This document shows positions 32,805 to 43,971 of a stretch of DNA of 64,000 bases, piece after piece (position 1 is the stretch's first letter; each line of letters starts with the position of its first letter). Origin of the DNA: an uncultured Methanoregulaceae archaeon (GTDB lineage: Archaea; Halobacteriota; Methanomicrobia; Methanomicrobiales; Methanospirillaceae); assembly GCA_963841015.1 (NCBI GenBank), contig CAWJAX010000002.1, positions 128,001-192,000 of the forward strand, written 5' to 3'. The position numbers were made by a program, and so were the translations under genes. The notes beneath the pieces were generated by a model that was not told the origin of the DNA, did not search any database, and was given only the letters and a program-made list of their open reading frames with translations.

Positions 32805-34325
32805 TCATGCCGCCACAGAACCCAGTTCAGCCTCAATCTCATCCAGCAGTTTCCGGACCTGTGCAATCTTGGCTTTCACCGATGTACCGGACTCAAATGC
32901 GGATCCGGCGTCCTTTATGTCCGTTGTCCTGCGCCACTGGCCCAGCACGTCCTGCAGGCTCTGTCCGATGAAGGTAGTACCGCTCCTGGCTTCGACAAGA
33001 CCTATCAGCGTCTGTTCACCGCTCGGCGTGATGACCGGGATGATCCAGATCTCCTGACCATCAATGACATACATGATCGGCTGGACTACCTCCAGCTCAG
33101 GCGCCTTTGCAACTTCCGGGTGCTGGTGGACGTTCTGCGATGCCCCCAGGTCGTTATAATAGCCCGGTGTTTCATGGAAGGTGAACTTGCCGGTCCTGAC
33201 ATCGGTCAGCATGTACCCGACCATGGACGTGTCCGTCCCGGGGTTCGATACCGTGCCGAACCAGTAGAGATTGCCGTCGTTGCCGTTCACGAGAAATACA
33301 TCAGGGCCGTCAATACCGGAGAGTATCTTGACATCACGCTGTCCCAGGACAGAGTTCCACCAGCCGAGCTGGTAGCGGCCCCACCAACCGATCCATTCTT
33401 CGGTGGTGATCTCGCTCCACACGCGCTGGATCCATGCAGGCTGTTTTCCGAGGCGGTAAAAGTCCACAGAACCGCTCACCGGGTCGATGGTGGCAACGCC
33501 GACCGGCCGTTCCCCGATAATCCCGTAGAGCATGGGTTCTGCCAGCTGGATAACATATTTCGGTTGCATCGTATCGTCAAGCTGGAACGAGGTTTCCATC
33601 TGCAGGAACTCCGGGTGCTGTTCCCACACGCGGCGGTTGACATTGTTTCCGAAAAGGGCACCCCGGGTAGAGATCATGCGGCTGACGGATACTCTCTGGG
33701 CTTCGGCTTTCGGGTCCTCGGCATTGACAATAACGTAACCCCCTGTGCCTTCATCCGCATACGACCATGCTTTGATAAAAAATCCGTCGTAATCGAGGGG
33801 AGTGATCCAGACAAGGGTACCGTTCAGGGTCTGGATATCAGGTTCAGCAATCTGCGACTTGTACCCGAGCGAGCCGATGACCTTGTCACTACGCCACCTG
33901 GCGGTCTCATAACTGACCAGCCGTATATGGCTGCTGTTGATAATTTCGGACGGGCCGCGGGCAACCGTCACGTTTGGTGCCGCTGCCAGCTGGGTTGCCG
34001 TCATGGCAGAAAGAATAGTAATTAAACAGAACCAGAAGACGATGATCACCGCCAGGGACACTCCGGAGACCACCGCTCCTTTCTGGTGGTTGGCAAGAGC
34101 GCTGTTCACACCAAGGGCTATTGCCGCGTTGACCAGGAACCAGAGCAGCAGATTGAACCCGGTGAACGGGAGCTGGATGATATAAAGCACGATAAAACTG
34201 CCGACCGCTGCTGCTATGGCAAGGCCCGCTCGTTTTTTGATATACCGGTTTTGGAATATGTCCGGCGAGACGAAGAAATAGAGGAGCCCGGTGAGGATCA
34301 CCACACTGAGGAACATAAGGTTCAT
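32805..34325 (-). CDS. Membrane protein with large extracellular domain
   Basis: Four N-terminal TMs, 506-aa clean ORF. Confidence 0.75.
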   Translation of the reverse strand: MNLMFLSVVILTGLLYFFVSPDIFQNRYIKKRAGLAIAAAVGSFIVLYIIQLPFTGFNLLLWFLVNAAIALGVNSALANHQKGAVVSGVSLAVIIVFWFCLITILSAMTATQLAAAPNVTVARGPSEIINSSHIRLVSYETARWRSDKVIGSLGYKSQIAEPDIQTLNGTLVWITPLDYDGFFIKAWSYADEGTGGYVIVNAEDPKAEAQRVSVSRMISTRGALFGNNVNRRVWEQHPEFLQMETSFQLDDTMQPKYVIQLAEPMLYGIIGERPVGVATIDPVSGSVDFYRLGKQPAWIQRVWSEITTEEWIGWWGRYQLGWWNSVLGQRDVKILSGIDGPDVFLVNGNDGNLYWFGTVSNPGTDTSMVGYMLTDVRTGKFTFHETPGYYNDLGASQNVHQHPEVAKAPELEVVQPIMYVIDGQEIWIIPVITPSGEQTLIGLVEARSGTTFIGQSLQDVLGQWRRTTDIKDAGSAFESGTSVKAKIAQVRKLLDEIEAELGSVAA

Positions 34326-34555
34326 ACCGGTACCCCACTCCCGGATGGCAGGTAATTATTCCCGGCCTGGAATTCCGGATTCGATCCCGTCCCGTTTCTG
34401 ACCGTGAGGTAAACAGGATACGTACCTGTGCGCATTCTCATTGCTGAAAGTATGCAAAAACAGGGTATTAAGGATATGTCCCGGTTTGACCGGATACCGT
34501 ACAGACCGCTGTCCCATCAGATATCCGAAGTTCCCGGGAAGTATGGCAGACAGGG

Positions 34556-35635
34556 TTACCCGGGATTCTTTTTAGGAGTGTATCCATGGCCGTGAATTGC
34601 CCTGCATCCCGGGTCCAGGGCAACGGCCTTATCCTGCGAGACATCTGCTTCCTCCTGCCGGCCAAGACACCGCAGGGCCTGTCCACGGGAGTACCACGCT
34701 TCGGCATCACCAGGGTCGATGGCGATTACCCGGTCATAGGAGAGAACCGCTTCGGCATACCGGCCAAGAGTCCCGAGTGCAACGCCGCGATTGTACCACG
34801 CTTCGGCATATTCCGGCCGGAGGGTTGTCGCCACTTCGTAGGAAATGACCGCTTCATCCTGCCGATCGAGATCGCTCAGGGCAGACCCGTGGTTGTACCA
34901 TGCTTCGGCGTATTCCGGCCGGAGAGCGACTGCGGTAAAATACGATTCTGCCGCGTCTTGTGGGCGGCCGAGATGCATGCACGTGTTCCCGCGGTTGTTC
35001 CAGGCCTCAGCATACTCCGGCCGGAGTGCAACTGCCCGGTCATACGAGACAAGAGCCTCGGTATGCTGCCCGAGCTGTGCCAGGGTATTTGCCCGGTTGA
35101 ACCATGCCCCGGGAAGATCCGGGCTGGTGGCGATCACCCTGTCGTACGATCGAAGGGCTTCTGCATACTGGCCGAGGTTCATGAGCACATTCCCCCGCAT
35201 GTTCCACGCCTCTATGTCATCCGGGCTGAGAGCTGTTGCCCGGTCACAGGAATCAAGGGCTTCTGAGTCCCGGCCAAGGTTCGTGAGCACCCACCCCCGG
35301 GTGTGCCATGCCTCGGCAAAATCCGGTTGGAGAGCGACAGCCCGGTCGCAGGAGTCAAGGGCTTCGGCATTGCGGCCAAGATGCCCGAGCACCCACCCGC
35401 GGTTACTCCACGCCCGGAAGTAACCGGGGTCCGTGGCAATCGCCGTATCGCAGGCATCGAGAGCAGCAGGAAAAAGACCCAGGTTGCCAAGTGCGGCTGC
35501 ACGGCCGTTCCATGCCCGGGTGCAGCCCGGATCAAGGGAAACTGCCCGGTCAAACAGGGCGAGTGCTTCGGAATACCTCCGGTGCCGGAACTGATCAACC
35601 CCCCTGGTGATGTAGTCTTTTGCCTGTTCTTTCAT
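34556..35635 (-). CDS. Tetratricopeptide repeat protein
   Basis: About ten 34-aa repeats AW.NRG..L..LG...EA..SYDRA..L.P. Confidence 0.93.
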   Translation of the reverse strand: MKEQAKDYITRGVDQFRHRRYSEALALFDRAVSLDPGCTRAWNGRAAALGNLGLFPAALDACDTAIATDPGYFRAWSNRGWVLGHLGRNAEALDSCDRAVALQPDFAEAWHTRGWVLTNLGRDSEALDSCDRATALSPDDIEAWNMRGNVLMNLGQYAEALRSYDRVIATSPDLPGAWFNRANTLAQLGQHTEALVSYDRAVALRPEYAEAWNNRGNTCMHLGRPQDAAESYFTAVALRPEYAEAWYNHGSALSDLDRQDEAVISYEVATTLRPEYAEAWYNRGVALGTLGRYAEAVLSYDRVIAIDPGDAEAWYSRGQALRCLGRQEEADVSQDKAVALDPGCRAIHGHGYTPKKNPG

Positions 35636-35833
35636 ACACTGCCCTGTCCTGTCCGGATTATCACCATTCCGATCCCTGCCCGGACAAAAAACCTTCCTTC
35701 CCCCGTCCAGCCCGTACCTGCAGCCTGTATAGGCACAAAGGAGAAGTACCCTCAACTTTTTATCGTTTTGGATGCATCATCAGATTATTCTCTCACCATA
35801 AATAACAATGAAAATACTCCAAAGAGGTACCGT

Positions 35834-36229
35834 ATGAAAAAACCAGCAAACCCAACAACTTCCGTTCAACAAAAGCCCGACCCGCACACAAACACATCGG
35901 ACGGGGAAAGCGCCGTGCTCGCGACGATCGCGGCGATGCCGGAACCGGATCGCGTCATAGCCTCGCGGCTCCATGCGATCATCAAAGCCGGTGCGCCTGT
36001 TCTCTCGCCGAGATTCTGGTACGGGATGCCCGCGTATGCAAAGGACGGCAAAGTAGTCTGCTTCTTCCAGGGCAGGGAGAAATTCAAGACGAGGTACGCG
36101 ACGTTCGGCTTTATGCACGAGGCAAACCTCGACGAGGGGAATATGTGGCCGGTCGCCTTTGCGCTGAAAAAGGTGACTGCCACCGAAGAGGAAACGATCG
36201 CTGCGCTCGTGAAGAAAGCGGTGCGATGA
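35834..36229 (+). CDS. DUF1801 (YdhG-like) protein
   Basis: [21 protein letters not shown]...[19 protein letters not shown]. Confidence 0.88.
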   Translation: MKKPANPTTSVQQKPDPHTNTSDGESAVLATIAAMPEPDRVIASRLHAIIKAGAPVLSPRFWYGMPAYAKDGKVVCFFQGREKFKTRYATFGFMHEANLDEGNMWPVAFALKKVTATEEETIAALVKKAVR

Positions 36230-36365
36230 GGACGAAAACCGCTACAACCCTGGTGAAGCCGATGTATTACACGGCTGGTCTCTAAAATTTTCCTCAATCA
36301 CATCTTTTCACGAAATCGACTTGGTGCAGGTACAACCTGGCGGCTTCTTCTCAATCGAAACCATA

Positions 36366-36581
36366 ATGGACACTGACAACGACAAAGATATGATGACATC
36401 TCAGGCAGCACCCCGGGTGCGAAAAGATCATCCTGCAAAAAAATCTTCCGCTCAACAAAAAACAACAGAAGGCGAAGGAAAAAACATCCTCTATGCCGTA
36501 TCAGAGCACTCTCTTTGTGGATTTCTGGAAGATGAGCCGGACATTTACTCGGTGTCGGATCTGAAAGTCAGGTACCGATGA
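36366..36581 (+). CDS. Putative antitoxin
   Basis: Acidic tail SE.SL..FLEDEPDIYSVSDLK; ATGA overlap with the toxin. Confidence 0.7.
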   Translation: MDTDNDKDMMTSQAAPRVRKDHPAKKSSAQQKTTEGEGKNILYAVSEHSLCGFLEDEPDIYSVSDLKVRYR

Positions 36582-36907
36582 AAGCAAAAATTATCCTGAT
36601 CCATTTTCCTTTTACGAATCTGACCGATTTTAAACTTCGACCGGCACTGGTCATTCATGAGAGCGAAAATGATGTGGTTGTTGCATTTATATCTTCAAAA
36701 ATTCCCGGGCATCTCCAGGATTCCGATTTCGTGATAGCAAGGGATCATCCTTCTTTCTTTTCCACCGGGCTGAAGGTTTCTTCAGTGATAAAATTCGATA
36801 AGATTGCAACCGTATCAAAAGATCTCATTGAAGGTGAGATCGGTGAGATTTCCCGTGATCTGGCCGATGAATGTAACCTCCTCTTATGCCGGATCTTCAT
36901 TCTTTGA
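36578..36907 (+). CDS. PemK/MazF family toxin
   Basis: FPFTNL...KLRPALVI...VAFISS...GL..SS.I..DKI.TV. Confidence 0.9.
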   Translation: MKAKIILIHFPFTNLTDFKLRPALVIHESENDVVVAFISSKIPGHLQDSDFVIARDHPSFFSTGLKVSSVIKFDKIATVSKDLIEGEIGEISRDLADECNLLLCRIFIL

Positions 36908-36913
36908 TAGTAT

Positions 36914-37080
36914 GGAGAAATTCAAGACGCGGTACGCGACGTTCGGCTTCATGCACGAGGCAAACCTCGACGAAGGGAATATATGGCCGGTCGCCTTTGC
37001 GCTGAAAAAGGTGACTGCCACCGAAGAGGAAACGATCGCTGCGCTCGTGAAGAGAGCGGTGAGCTGATGACGAAAACCGC
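36914..37080 (+). repeat. Duplicated 3' end of the DUF1801 gene (copy of 36076-36242)
   Basis: GGAGAAATTCAAGACG...GACGAAAACCGC repeated with few substitutions. Confidence 0.92.
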
Positions 37081-37110
37081 CACCTGGTAGTGAAGCCGGG
37101 GTAATTCGTA

Positions 37111-37497
37111 TTACCGGAGGGTAGTGCTGGGAATGGCCGATTTCAGGGCAGCATGAATATCTGACTCCCTGAACGGTTTACCAATAAAACCGTCGGCAGG
37201 TACCTTTTTTGCCCGTTCAAGATCTTCTGCCCTGGCAGAAGCGGTGAGAAATATTATCGGGATCGGAGCTGACTTTTTCATGGCAATTGCTGCATCAATC
37301 CCATCGGTTTGACCGTCAAGGGTGATATCCATCAGGACAGCATCGGGTCTCTTTTCTTTTATGAAATCTATCGCAGCTTCACCGGACGCCACTTTACCAC
37401 ACACGGCATATCCCAAAGAAATAAGACAAATTTCGATGAGCTGCTGGATGATGATATTATCTTCAACAATAAGGATCTCGAGAATTGCATTTATCAT
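37111..37497 (-). CDS. Single-domain response regulator
   Basis: ILIVED, PDAVLMDI, DG, FLTA, KPF. Confidence 0.92.
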   Translation of the reverse strand: MINAILEILIVEDNIIIQQLIEICLISLGYAVCGKVASGEAAIDFIKEKRPDAVLMDITLDGQTDGIDAAIAMKKSAPIPIIFLTASARAEDLERAKKVPADGFIGKPFRESDIHAALKSAIPSTTLR

Positions 37498-37783
37498 AAA
37501 AATTCCCGGTGGGTCTCGTTGTTTACATAATAAATATGAGCGTTTAAATTATTTTTTATTTAATTTTTTTCGGAAGATGAGAAAGATAGTAAAAATTTCA
37601 CTTTTGGTACAATCGTCGGATAATGATGAAATATATCCGGTTCTCCACTGGAAATAAAGGGGTTTATATAATTTATAAAGAAGTCAGATATTCTGCATTA
37701 TTTTACCCTTTTAAGAAAATATTACCGGCAGATTTACCAAAAAAATTCTTCCTCCTGCATTGAGGGATTTTCAGTAATTGCCG

Positions 37784-38170
37784 TTACCTGTTTTTTTCCA
37801 AAATGTGCCTATCTTCCTGCAGCACCGGCTGCCCGTCGCACCGGACCTCGACGATACGGTCATCGGATACCAGGAAATACTGCCACGTTTTCCAGGGGGA
37901 GACTACCCAGATCTCCCGGGATACCACGGGAGTTTTCGGCACCGTGCGGAGCTGCTGTATCGCTTCGGTGAACATCCTTTCGATCTCCTGCGGGTTGCTG
38001 ATATGCGTGCGTATCCTCCTGACCCGGACAAATACCGTGCAACCGGTGATGAAGAGGATAAAATTGTAGTGCGATCTCTGCAGGGCCGGGTTGTCCAGGA
38101 CTACTCCCCGCCGGTTTGCAATCTCCTGTGCCGCGGCAATCGCCATGAGCGGCTGGGGGCCCCTCGTCAT
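37784..38170 (-). CDS. Hypothetical protein, possible degenerate Hjc/PD-(D/E)xK fold
   Basis: RG..A...A..RG, YNFIL, VFVRVRR, REIW. Confidence 0.55.
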   Translation of the reverse strand: MTRGPQPLMAIAAAQEIANRRGVVLDNPALQRSHYNFILFITGCTVFVRVRRIRTHISNPQEIERMFTEAIQQLRTVPKTPVVSREIWVVSPWKTWQYFLVSDDRIVEVRCDGQPVLQEDRHILEKNR

Positions 38171-38454
38171 CTCCGCTCGCCTCCGCTGCCATCATGCGTT
38201 CCCGTGCCATCACATGTTCCCGTATCTTCTGCATCCCCCTTGCGGCATTGCCGTGCCCCGGGACGGTTCCACGCACTCCTCAGCTCCCTCTTGACCGGCC
38301 GCGTCCGGATGCTGACGTTATAGAAATGATTCCCCGTCTTAGACACGATCACCCGTTCCAGCGTCTGACCATGGGTGACGACTCCCCGCTTCACAATATC
38401 CGGGATGAGGTACAGGGGAATGTCCCGCTCGATCTTCGCCGGTCGCCGGGGCAT
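38167..38454 (-). CDS. Hypothetical protein
   Basis: Overlapping start/stop with both neighbours. Confidence 0.55.
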   Translation of the reverse strand: MPRRPAKIERDIPLYLIPDIVKRGVVTHGQTLERVIVSKTGNHFYNVSIRTRPVKRELRSAWNRPGARQCRKGDAEDTGTCDGTGTHDGSGGERR

Positions 38455-38636
38455 CAGGAACGCCCCCGTGTATCAGGGTTAAGGGGTTGTGATGGTCTGG
38501 TTGTCCTGTCGTCAGGGGAAGTTCCTGCATAGATTCTTACGGCGAGGGCGAAAAACCGGGTACTCCCGTTTCTTCTCGTCTGATTTATTGCGATCCTGGA
38601 GGATCTCGTTGTAGTGGTTTTTTGGCTGGTTGTCAT
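38454..38636 (-). CDS. Small hypothetical protein
   Basis: TGATG coupling to the next gene; GTGA RBS. Confidence 0.45.
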   Translation of the reverse strand: MTTSQKTTTTRSSRIAINQTRRNGSTRFFALAVRIYAGTSPDDRTTRPSQPLNPDTRGRS

Positions 38637-39467
38637 GGATAATCACGGGTGAAATTAATCAGTTGTTCTTTTGTGCGGGGTAATTTTTACCAGAGCGGGA
38701 GTGTATTTGCCTGCATCGCTGGGACGATAACGCCGGGTTCTGCAGCGAACACGCCAGAGTGTTTGGCCGGGTATCGTTCAAAGGTCACACCGTACAGGAT
38801 AAACGGCAGGTGACCTGCCAGGTACGCAAAAACCCTGGACTATGGCAATCACCGGAATTCCGGCGCTTACTGACTATCAGCAAAAAAGGTATAGAGGGAG
38901 AAGATGGGGGAATGGTCGCTCGTCAGCCGGTAGCGCCTGGTTGTATGCATTGCATGTACGATGTTAAGCGGGATTGCGGGCAGGAGGACTTTCTGTGCAA
39001 TAACCGGGAGCAGGAGCTTGTGCACCACTGCTATGACTTTTGCTTTAAGGGCCTTTGCTGCCTTTTTTGCCCGGTCGAGCAGGTTTTTAAAAAATTCCCC
39101 GATCATCGTTACGGAACAGTCAGGCACTCGTGAGAATTTAAATTGAGATGACCCAATCAGCTCGATGAATGGTATGTCTGACGAATGTATTTTTATGGAA
39201 TTGTTCCTGGGGCAACCGTTGGGGATGAAAAATAAGAGAGAACGACACGCGGATCATTGTCTTGCCGGAATACTCAGAATGGTTCTGGATTTGCCGGTGA
39301 ATTGCTGAGGATTGTCTGCAGGTCGTTAGAGAGTGGTGGATGTCTCTTTTTTTGTGAATCCGAATGGGGACCATGGTAAAGGTTGCCACATCGTTGAAGA
39401 TGCCGTGTCCCCGGATGGTTGAAGGAGGTGCATCTCCAAAAATCACCTGTTGAACAAAAATAGTGCG

Positions 39468-39504
39468 CCTCAGCCGGGCACCGGGACGTGATGTTCGATT
39501 CTGT
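39468..39504 (+). repeat. 37-bp direct repeat, copy 1 (copy 2 at 44340-44376)
   Basis: CCTCAGCCGGGCACCGGRACGTGATGTYCGATTCTGT, 2 mismatches. Confidence 0.85.
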
Positions 39505-39665
39505 TGTTTTTTGGAATATGCGATCCAATCCGGAAAATTCCTTTTACAAAAAACCGATAAAATTAGCATATTGAATGGAAAAAGGCCCTGATAACCTCCC
39601 GGTTCAGACCGGCTTTTCGTAAGACAATATTTTTGTTCTTATCAACCACATCTGCTAATTGCCCC

Positions 39666-41444
39666 ATGGAAACCAGTACCCTCCTCCTGGTAATCGTACT
39701 TGCGGGAACCATCATCCTCATTGTAAGCAACCGGGTACGGATCGATCTTGTTGCTGTCCTTGCAAGCCTTGCTCTCGCCTGGCTTGGCCTAATCACCCCG
39801 GTGGAGGCGGTTTCCGGGTTTGCCTCAAACGCCGTGATCGCAATGGCGTCCATAATGATTATTGCGTACGGGATGGACAGAACTGGTGTAACGTTGCGTC
39901 TCGCCAACACCATCATGAAATATGCCGGAACCGGTGAGCGCCGGATCAACGCAACCATAGGGATAACGGTCGGTCTCTTCTCTTCGGTAATGCAGACTAT
40001 TGGCGTAGCTGCCCTCTTCCTTCCTGCAGTGAGGAGGATCGGGAAGCAGGCCCGTATTCCTGTCTCTCACCTGATAATGCCGATGGGGTTTGCAGCTATC
40101 CTTGGAGGGAGCATGACAATGATCGCATCCGGCCCGTTAATCGTATTAAATGACCTCCTTCTGCAGGCCGAAGCAGAGCCCTTCTCCCTCTTTGCTGTCA
40201 CCCCTGTAGGCCTCCCCCTCCTCATCGCCGGGATTGCTCTCTTTGCCCTGGCAGGAGATCGCCTCCTCCCGAAGAAAGAGGAGGCACCCTACGGACCTAC
40301 AATCGCTGAGATCTGGGGGATTGATCACCCTGTCAGAACCTGTACCATCCCCCCATCATCTCCGATCATCGGAATGACCCGTGAGGACGTGTCCTTCAAG
40401 ACCCGCTATGGTCTCGATCTCCTTGCCATACGCACCCATAAAGATATCAGTGTTGCACCCTCGCGATTTATCCGCCTCGAACCTGGCACGGAGCTCGCAT
40501 TCCTCGGATCCGAGGAGGTATTCCTGCAGTTTATCAATGAATCCGGCTGTATACCCTCCGGAGAACGATCTGGGTTAAAAGAGATCCTGGATGGTGAAGA
40601 GTATGGATTTGCCGAGCTGATCGTCCGGCCGAAGGCGTCGATTATCGGAAAGACCCCCCGGGAAATCAGGTTCCGGCAGACGTTCTCGATCGAGCCGATC
40701 ATCCATCAGCAAGGACAGACTGAAACGCGGGCTGATATCTCCAACAAACCCCTTGCAGCAGGTGATACCATTGTTGCCTTTGGATCATGGGACACCCTGA
40801 GGCACCTTGCCTGGCACCAGGATCTTGTGCTCGTAACCCCTCCTGAAGGGGACGGTATAAGACATAATAAGGGGTATCTGGCGGTCCTGATCTTCGCTGC
40901 CGCCCTCGGTCTCACTATCACCGGCGTCCCGATCTCCCTTGCCCTTCTCACGGGGGCAGCCGCGTCTGTTCTCTTCGGTGTCCTCAACATCGATGAGGCG
41001 TACCGGGCTGTCGATTGGAAGACGATAATCCTCATTGGCGGTCTGATACCCCTTGGAATTGCACTGGAAAAGAGTGGGGCGGCTTCAGCTCTCTCCGATT
41101 CCCTGATCGAAGTCCTTGCCGGATCCCATCCGATAATCATCATGTATGCTGTTGCCATCCTCGCAACCGTCCTCTCCCTCATAATCACCAACATCGCGGC
41201 AACAGTTCTCCTCGTTCCTCTTGTGATGCTTATTGGTACCGGGACAGGGACAGACCCCCGTGCTCTCGCCCTTCTCGTCGCGGTCTGCGCCTCGAACTCA
41301 TTCATCCTTCCAACCCACCAGGTAAATGCCCTCCTGATGGGGCCTGGAGGATATTCCCCGAAAGATTATCTGAAAGCAGGGAGCATCATGACCGTGATCT
41401 TCCTTGCAATAGCCGTAATGCTCATCTATCTCCTTATCAGATAG
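39666..41444 (+). CDS. SLC13 family permease with two TrkA-C domains
   Basis: R.DLVA, SGF.S.AV, LGG.MT.I.SGP, central RCK-C segments, FILPTHQVNALLMGPGGY. Confidence 0.9.
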   Translation: METSTLLLVIVLAGTIILIVSNRVRIDLVAVLASLALAWLGLITPVEAVSGFASNAVIAMASIMIIAYGMDRTGVTLRLANTIMKYAGTGERRINATIGITVGLFSSVMQTIGVAALFLPAVRRIGKQARIPVSHLIMPMGFAAILGGSMTMIASGPLIVLNDLLLQAEAEPFSLFAVTPVGLPLLIAGIALFALAGDRLLPKKEEAPYGPTIAEIWGIDHPVRTCTIPPSSPIIGMTREDVSFKTRYGLDLLAIRTHKDISVAPSRFIRLEPGTELAFLGSEEVFLQFINESGCIPSGERSGLKEILDGEEYGFAELIVRPKASIIGKTPREIRFRQTFSIEPIIHQQGQTETRADISNKPLAAGDTIVAFGSWDTLRHLAWHQDLVLVTPPEGDGIRHNKGYLAVLIFAAALGLTITGVPISLALLTGAAASVLFGVLNIDEAYRAVDWKTIILIGGLIPLGIALEKSGAASALSDSLIEVLAGSHPIIIMYAVAILATVLSLIITNIAATVLLVPLVMLIGTGTGTDPRALALLVAVCASNSFILPTHQVNALLMGPGGYSPKDYLKAGSIMTVIFLAIAVMLIYLLIR

Positions 41445-41458
41445 AAGGATGAAAACAT

Positions 41459-42825
41459 ATGATCATCCACCAGTTTTTCATACCGGGGCTTGCTCACAGC
41501 TCGTACATCGTTGCCGGGAACCGGTCCTGTGCGGTCATCGATCCGGAACGCGATGCCGGACGGTATATTACCGCCGCACAGGAGATGGGACTTCGGATCA
41601 CCCATGTCCTGGAAACGCACCTGCATGCAGACTTCATATCAGGGCACCTCGACCTGGCCGATGCGACCGGCGCAGGTATCTATATGTCCCGGTCCGCATA
41701 CTGCGGATTTCCCCATACCCCTCTCGCTGAAGGGGATGAGGTGCGTCTTGAAGACATCCGTTTTTCAGTCATAGAGACGGCCGGACATACTCCCGAACAT
41801 ATCTGTTACATTGCAACGGATACCACACGCGGTCAGACACCGGTCGCCCTCTTTTCCGGTGACACACTCTTTGTTGGCGATGTCGGGCGGCCTGACCTCT
41901 TTTTGGGGAGAGCAACAGAACTTGCCTCATCCCTCTATGACAATCTGCATACCAAGATCATGACCCTCCCGGACGAGTGTGAGGTCTATCCTGCACACGG
42001 AATGGGATCTCTCTGCGGACGGGCGATGGCAGCAAAGCGGACAAGCACAATAGGGTATGAGAAGAAGTACAACTACGCCCTCCGGATCAGGAGTCGCGAG
42101 GAGTTCATCAGTGCACTCACTTCCGATATGCCTGCCGCCCCGGATCACTTCCTCCGCTGTTCTGAGATCAACAGGGCAGGTCCTGCACTGATGCGGGACC
42201 TCATCCAGCCAGTACCCGTCCAGCCGAAGTCGCTTGCAGACCGTATCCGGGCAGATGATGTAATCGTTCTCGATGTCAGAAGTTACCTTGCTTTCTCTGG
42301 CATGCACATCCCCGGAGCCTGGCATATCGATCTCTCGGGAAACTTTGCTACGCAGGCGGGCTGGATCCTCCCCCCGATAAGGATATCCTCCTTGTTGTTG
42401 AGGATCGAAGACAGGCAGAAGAAGCGACACTCCAGCTCCACCGGGTCGGATTTGACCGGGTCACGGGGTATGCCGAAGGAGGAATGCTTGTCTGGGGAAC
42501 AGCTGCGTTGCCCATCAGCCGTGTCCCGGTCATCTCCCCTGAGGAAGCACATGCCCTGATTCGATCAAACGAGGCGGTCTTAATCGATGTCCGCTCACGG
42601 GAGGAGTGGCAGGCTGCCCGTGTAGAGGGATCGATCCACATTCCCTGGCACGATCTCAGAACCCGGTACACCGAACTTGATCCTGCACAGCAGTATATTG
42701 TCATGTGCCGGGGGGGACAGCGTGCGAGCATCGCGGTAAGTATCCTGAAGATGCACGGATTCAGCCGTATTTTAAATCTTGGTGGCGGATACACGGCCTA
42801 CCAGAGGGCAGGATCGGTACCATGA
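41459..42825 (+). CDS. MBL-fold persulfide dioxygenase-like protein with rhodanese domains; frameshift in C-run near 42370
   Basis: ETHLHADFISG, GHTPEH, GDTLFVGDVGRPDL, LDVR, CRGGQRA. Confidence 0.9.
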
Positions 42826-42877
42826 TGCGAAACCTGCTATTAGTGGAAAGCATTTCCCCTGCTTGTGGAGGATATTG

Positions 42878-43402
42878 ATGACAGAATGGTTCATGATGGC
42901 GTCCTGGTCCCCCTACATCGTCGGTGCCGGGATCGGCATACTCATCTGGCTGGCGTTCCTGCTCTCTGACCGCCCGCTTGGTTGTTCGACAGCATATGCC
43001 AAAACGGCCGGTATGGCTGAGTCCGCAATCTCCCGTAAGAAGAGCGAAGTGATGCCGTACTATCAGAAGTTTACGCCGACAATCGATTGGCAGTGGATGC
43101 TCATCATCGGGGTGCTGATCGGAGCGTTCCTGTCTGCATACCTCTCCGGCACATTTACGCTCCTGATCGTGCCTCCTCTCTTTGCTGCGGAGTTCGGGAC
43201 GGACCCGATCTTCCGGTCCATTGTTGCCCTCCTTGGTGGCATGGTGATGGGGATTGGAGCCCGCTGGGCCGGAGGGTGTACATCCGGGCATGGGATATCC
43301 GGGACACTGCAGCTCTCGCTTGCGAGCTGGGTTGCGTCAATCTGCTTCTTTGCCGGCGGAATTCTGACCGCAGGACTCATCTATGGATTCTCATTCGTAT
43401 GA
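42878..43402 (+). CDS. YeeE/YedE sulfur-compound transporter subunit
   Basis: WSPY, GAR.AGGCTSGHGISG. Confidence 0.9.
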   Translation: MTEWFMMASWSPYIVGAGIGILIWLAFLLSDRPLGCSTAYAKTAGMAESAISRKKSEVMPYYQKFTPTIDWQWMLIIGVLIGAFLSAYLSGTFTLLIVPPLFAAEFGTDPIFRSIVALLGGMVMGIGARWAGGCTSGHGISGTLQLSLASWVASICFFAGGILTAGLIYGFSFV

Positions 43403-43410
43403 GGGGTGAA

Positions 43411-43971
43411 ATGATGGTATTTGAGCAGATCAGAATGGACAACCGGGTCCAGATTGTTCTCGGGCTTCTTACCGGCATCGTCTTTGGGTTCCTCCTGCAG
43501 AAAGGAGGGGTGACCGATTACGGGGTGATCATCGGCCAGCTCCTGCTCACCGACTTTACCGTCATAAAGATAATGCTCTCTGCTGTCCTAATCGGTATGA
43601 TCGGTGTCTATGCGATGAAGTCAGCCGGGCTGGTCCGGCTTCACTGCAGGGTGGGATCGGTCGGTGCAACTATAATCGGGGGGCTTATCTTCGGAGCGGG
43701 ATTTGCAATCCTCGGGTACTGCCCCGGGACCGCTGCCGGCGCGGTTGGATCGGGCGCGCTTGATGCAGCAATCGGAATGGTCGGCATCGCTCTTGGTGCC
43801 GGGATCTTCGCCCGGCTGTACCCGCGTCTCAACCGTTCGATCCTCAACTACGGGACCTTTCCGGCAGATACAATTCCGGAACTGGTAGGGATCCGTGCGG
43901 AGATTGTCGTGATAATTGTCGCGATTCTGATCGCTGGCTTCTTGTATATGCTCACCGTTTTGGGATTCTGA
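43411..43971 (+). CDS. YeeE/YedE family subunit
   Basis: GI.FGFLLQKGG, GGLIFG.G..ILGYCPGT. Confidence 0.9.
   Translation: MMVFEQIRMDNRVQIVLGLLTGIVFGFLLQKGGVTDYGVIIGQLLLTDFTVIKIMLSAVLIGMIGVYAMKSAGLVRLHCRVGSVGATIIGGLIFGAGFAILGYCPGTAAGAVGSGALDAAIGMVGIALGAGIFARLYPRLNRSILNYGTFPADTIPELVGIRAEIVVIIVAILIAGFLYMLTVLGF

Noticed and set aside
34370-34430. PKD-like peptide GTYPVYLTVRNGTGSN on the minus strand
   Set aside because: Too short to call; at most a remnant.
34556-35635. DNA repeats suggesting a diversifying locus
   Set aside because: Explained by 102-bp TPR periodicity; no reverse transcriptase or template repeat.
35303-35833. N-terminal extension of the DUF1801 ORF
   Set aside because: Antisense to the TPR gene; the real start is 35834 after a GAGG RBS.
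37614-37642. dif-like imperfect palindrome
   Set aside because: Arms and spacer do not fit 11-6-11 geometry convincingly.
38867-39127. 86-aa ORF
   Set aside because: No recognisable motif or RBS; treated as part of a leader region.
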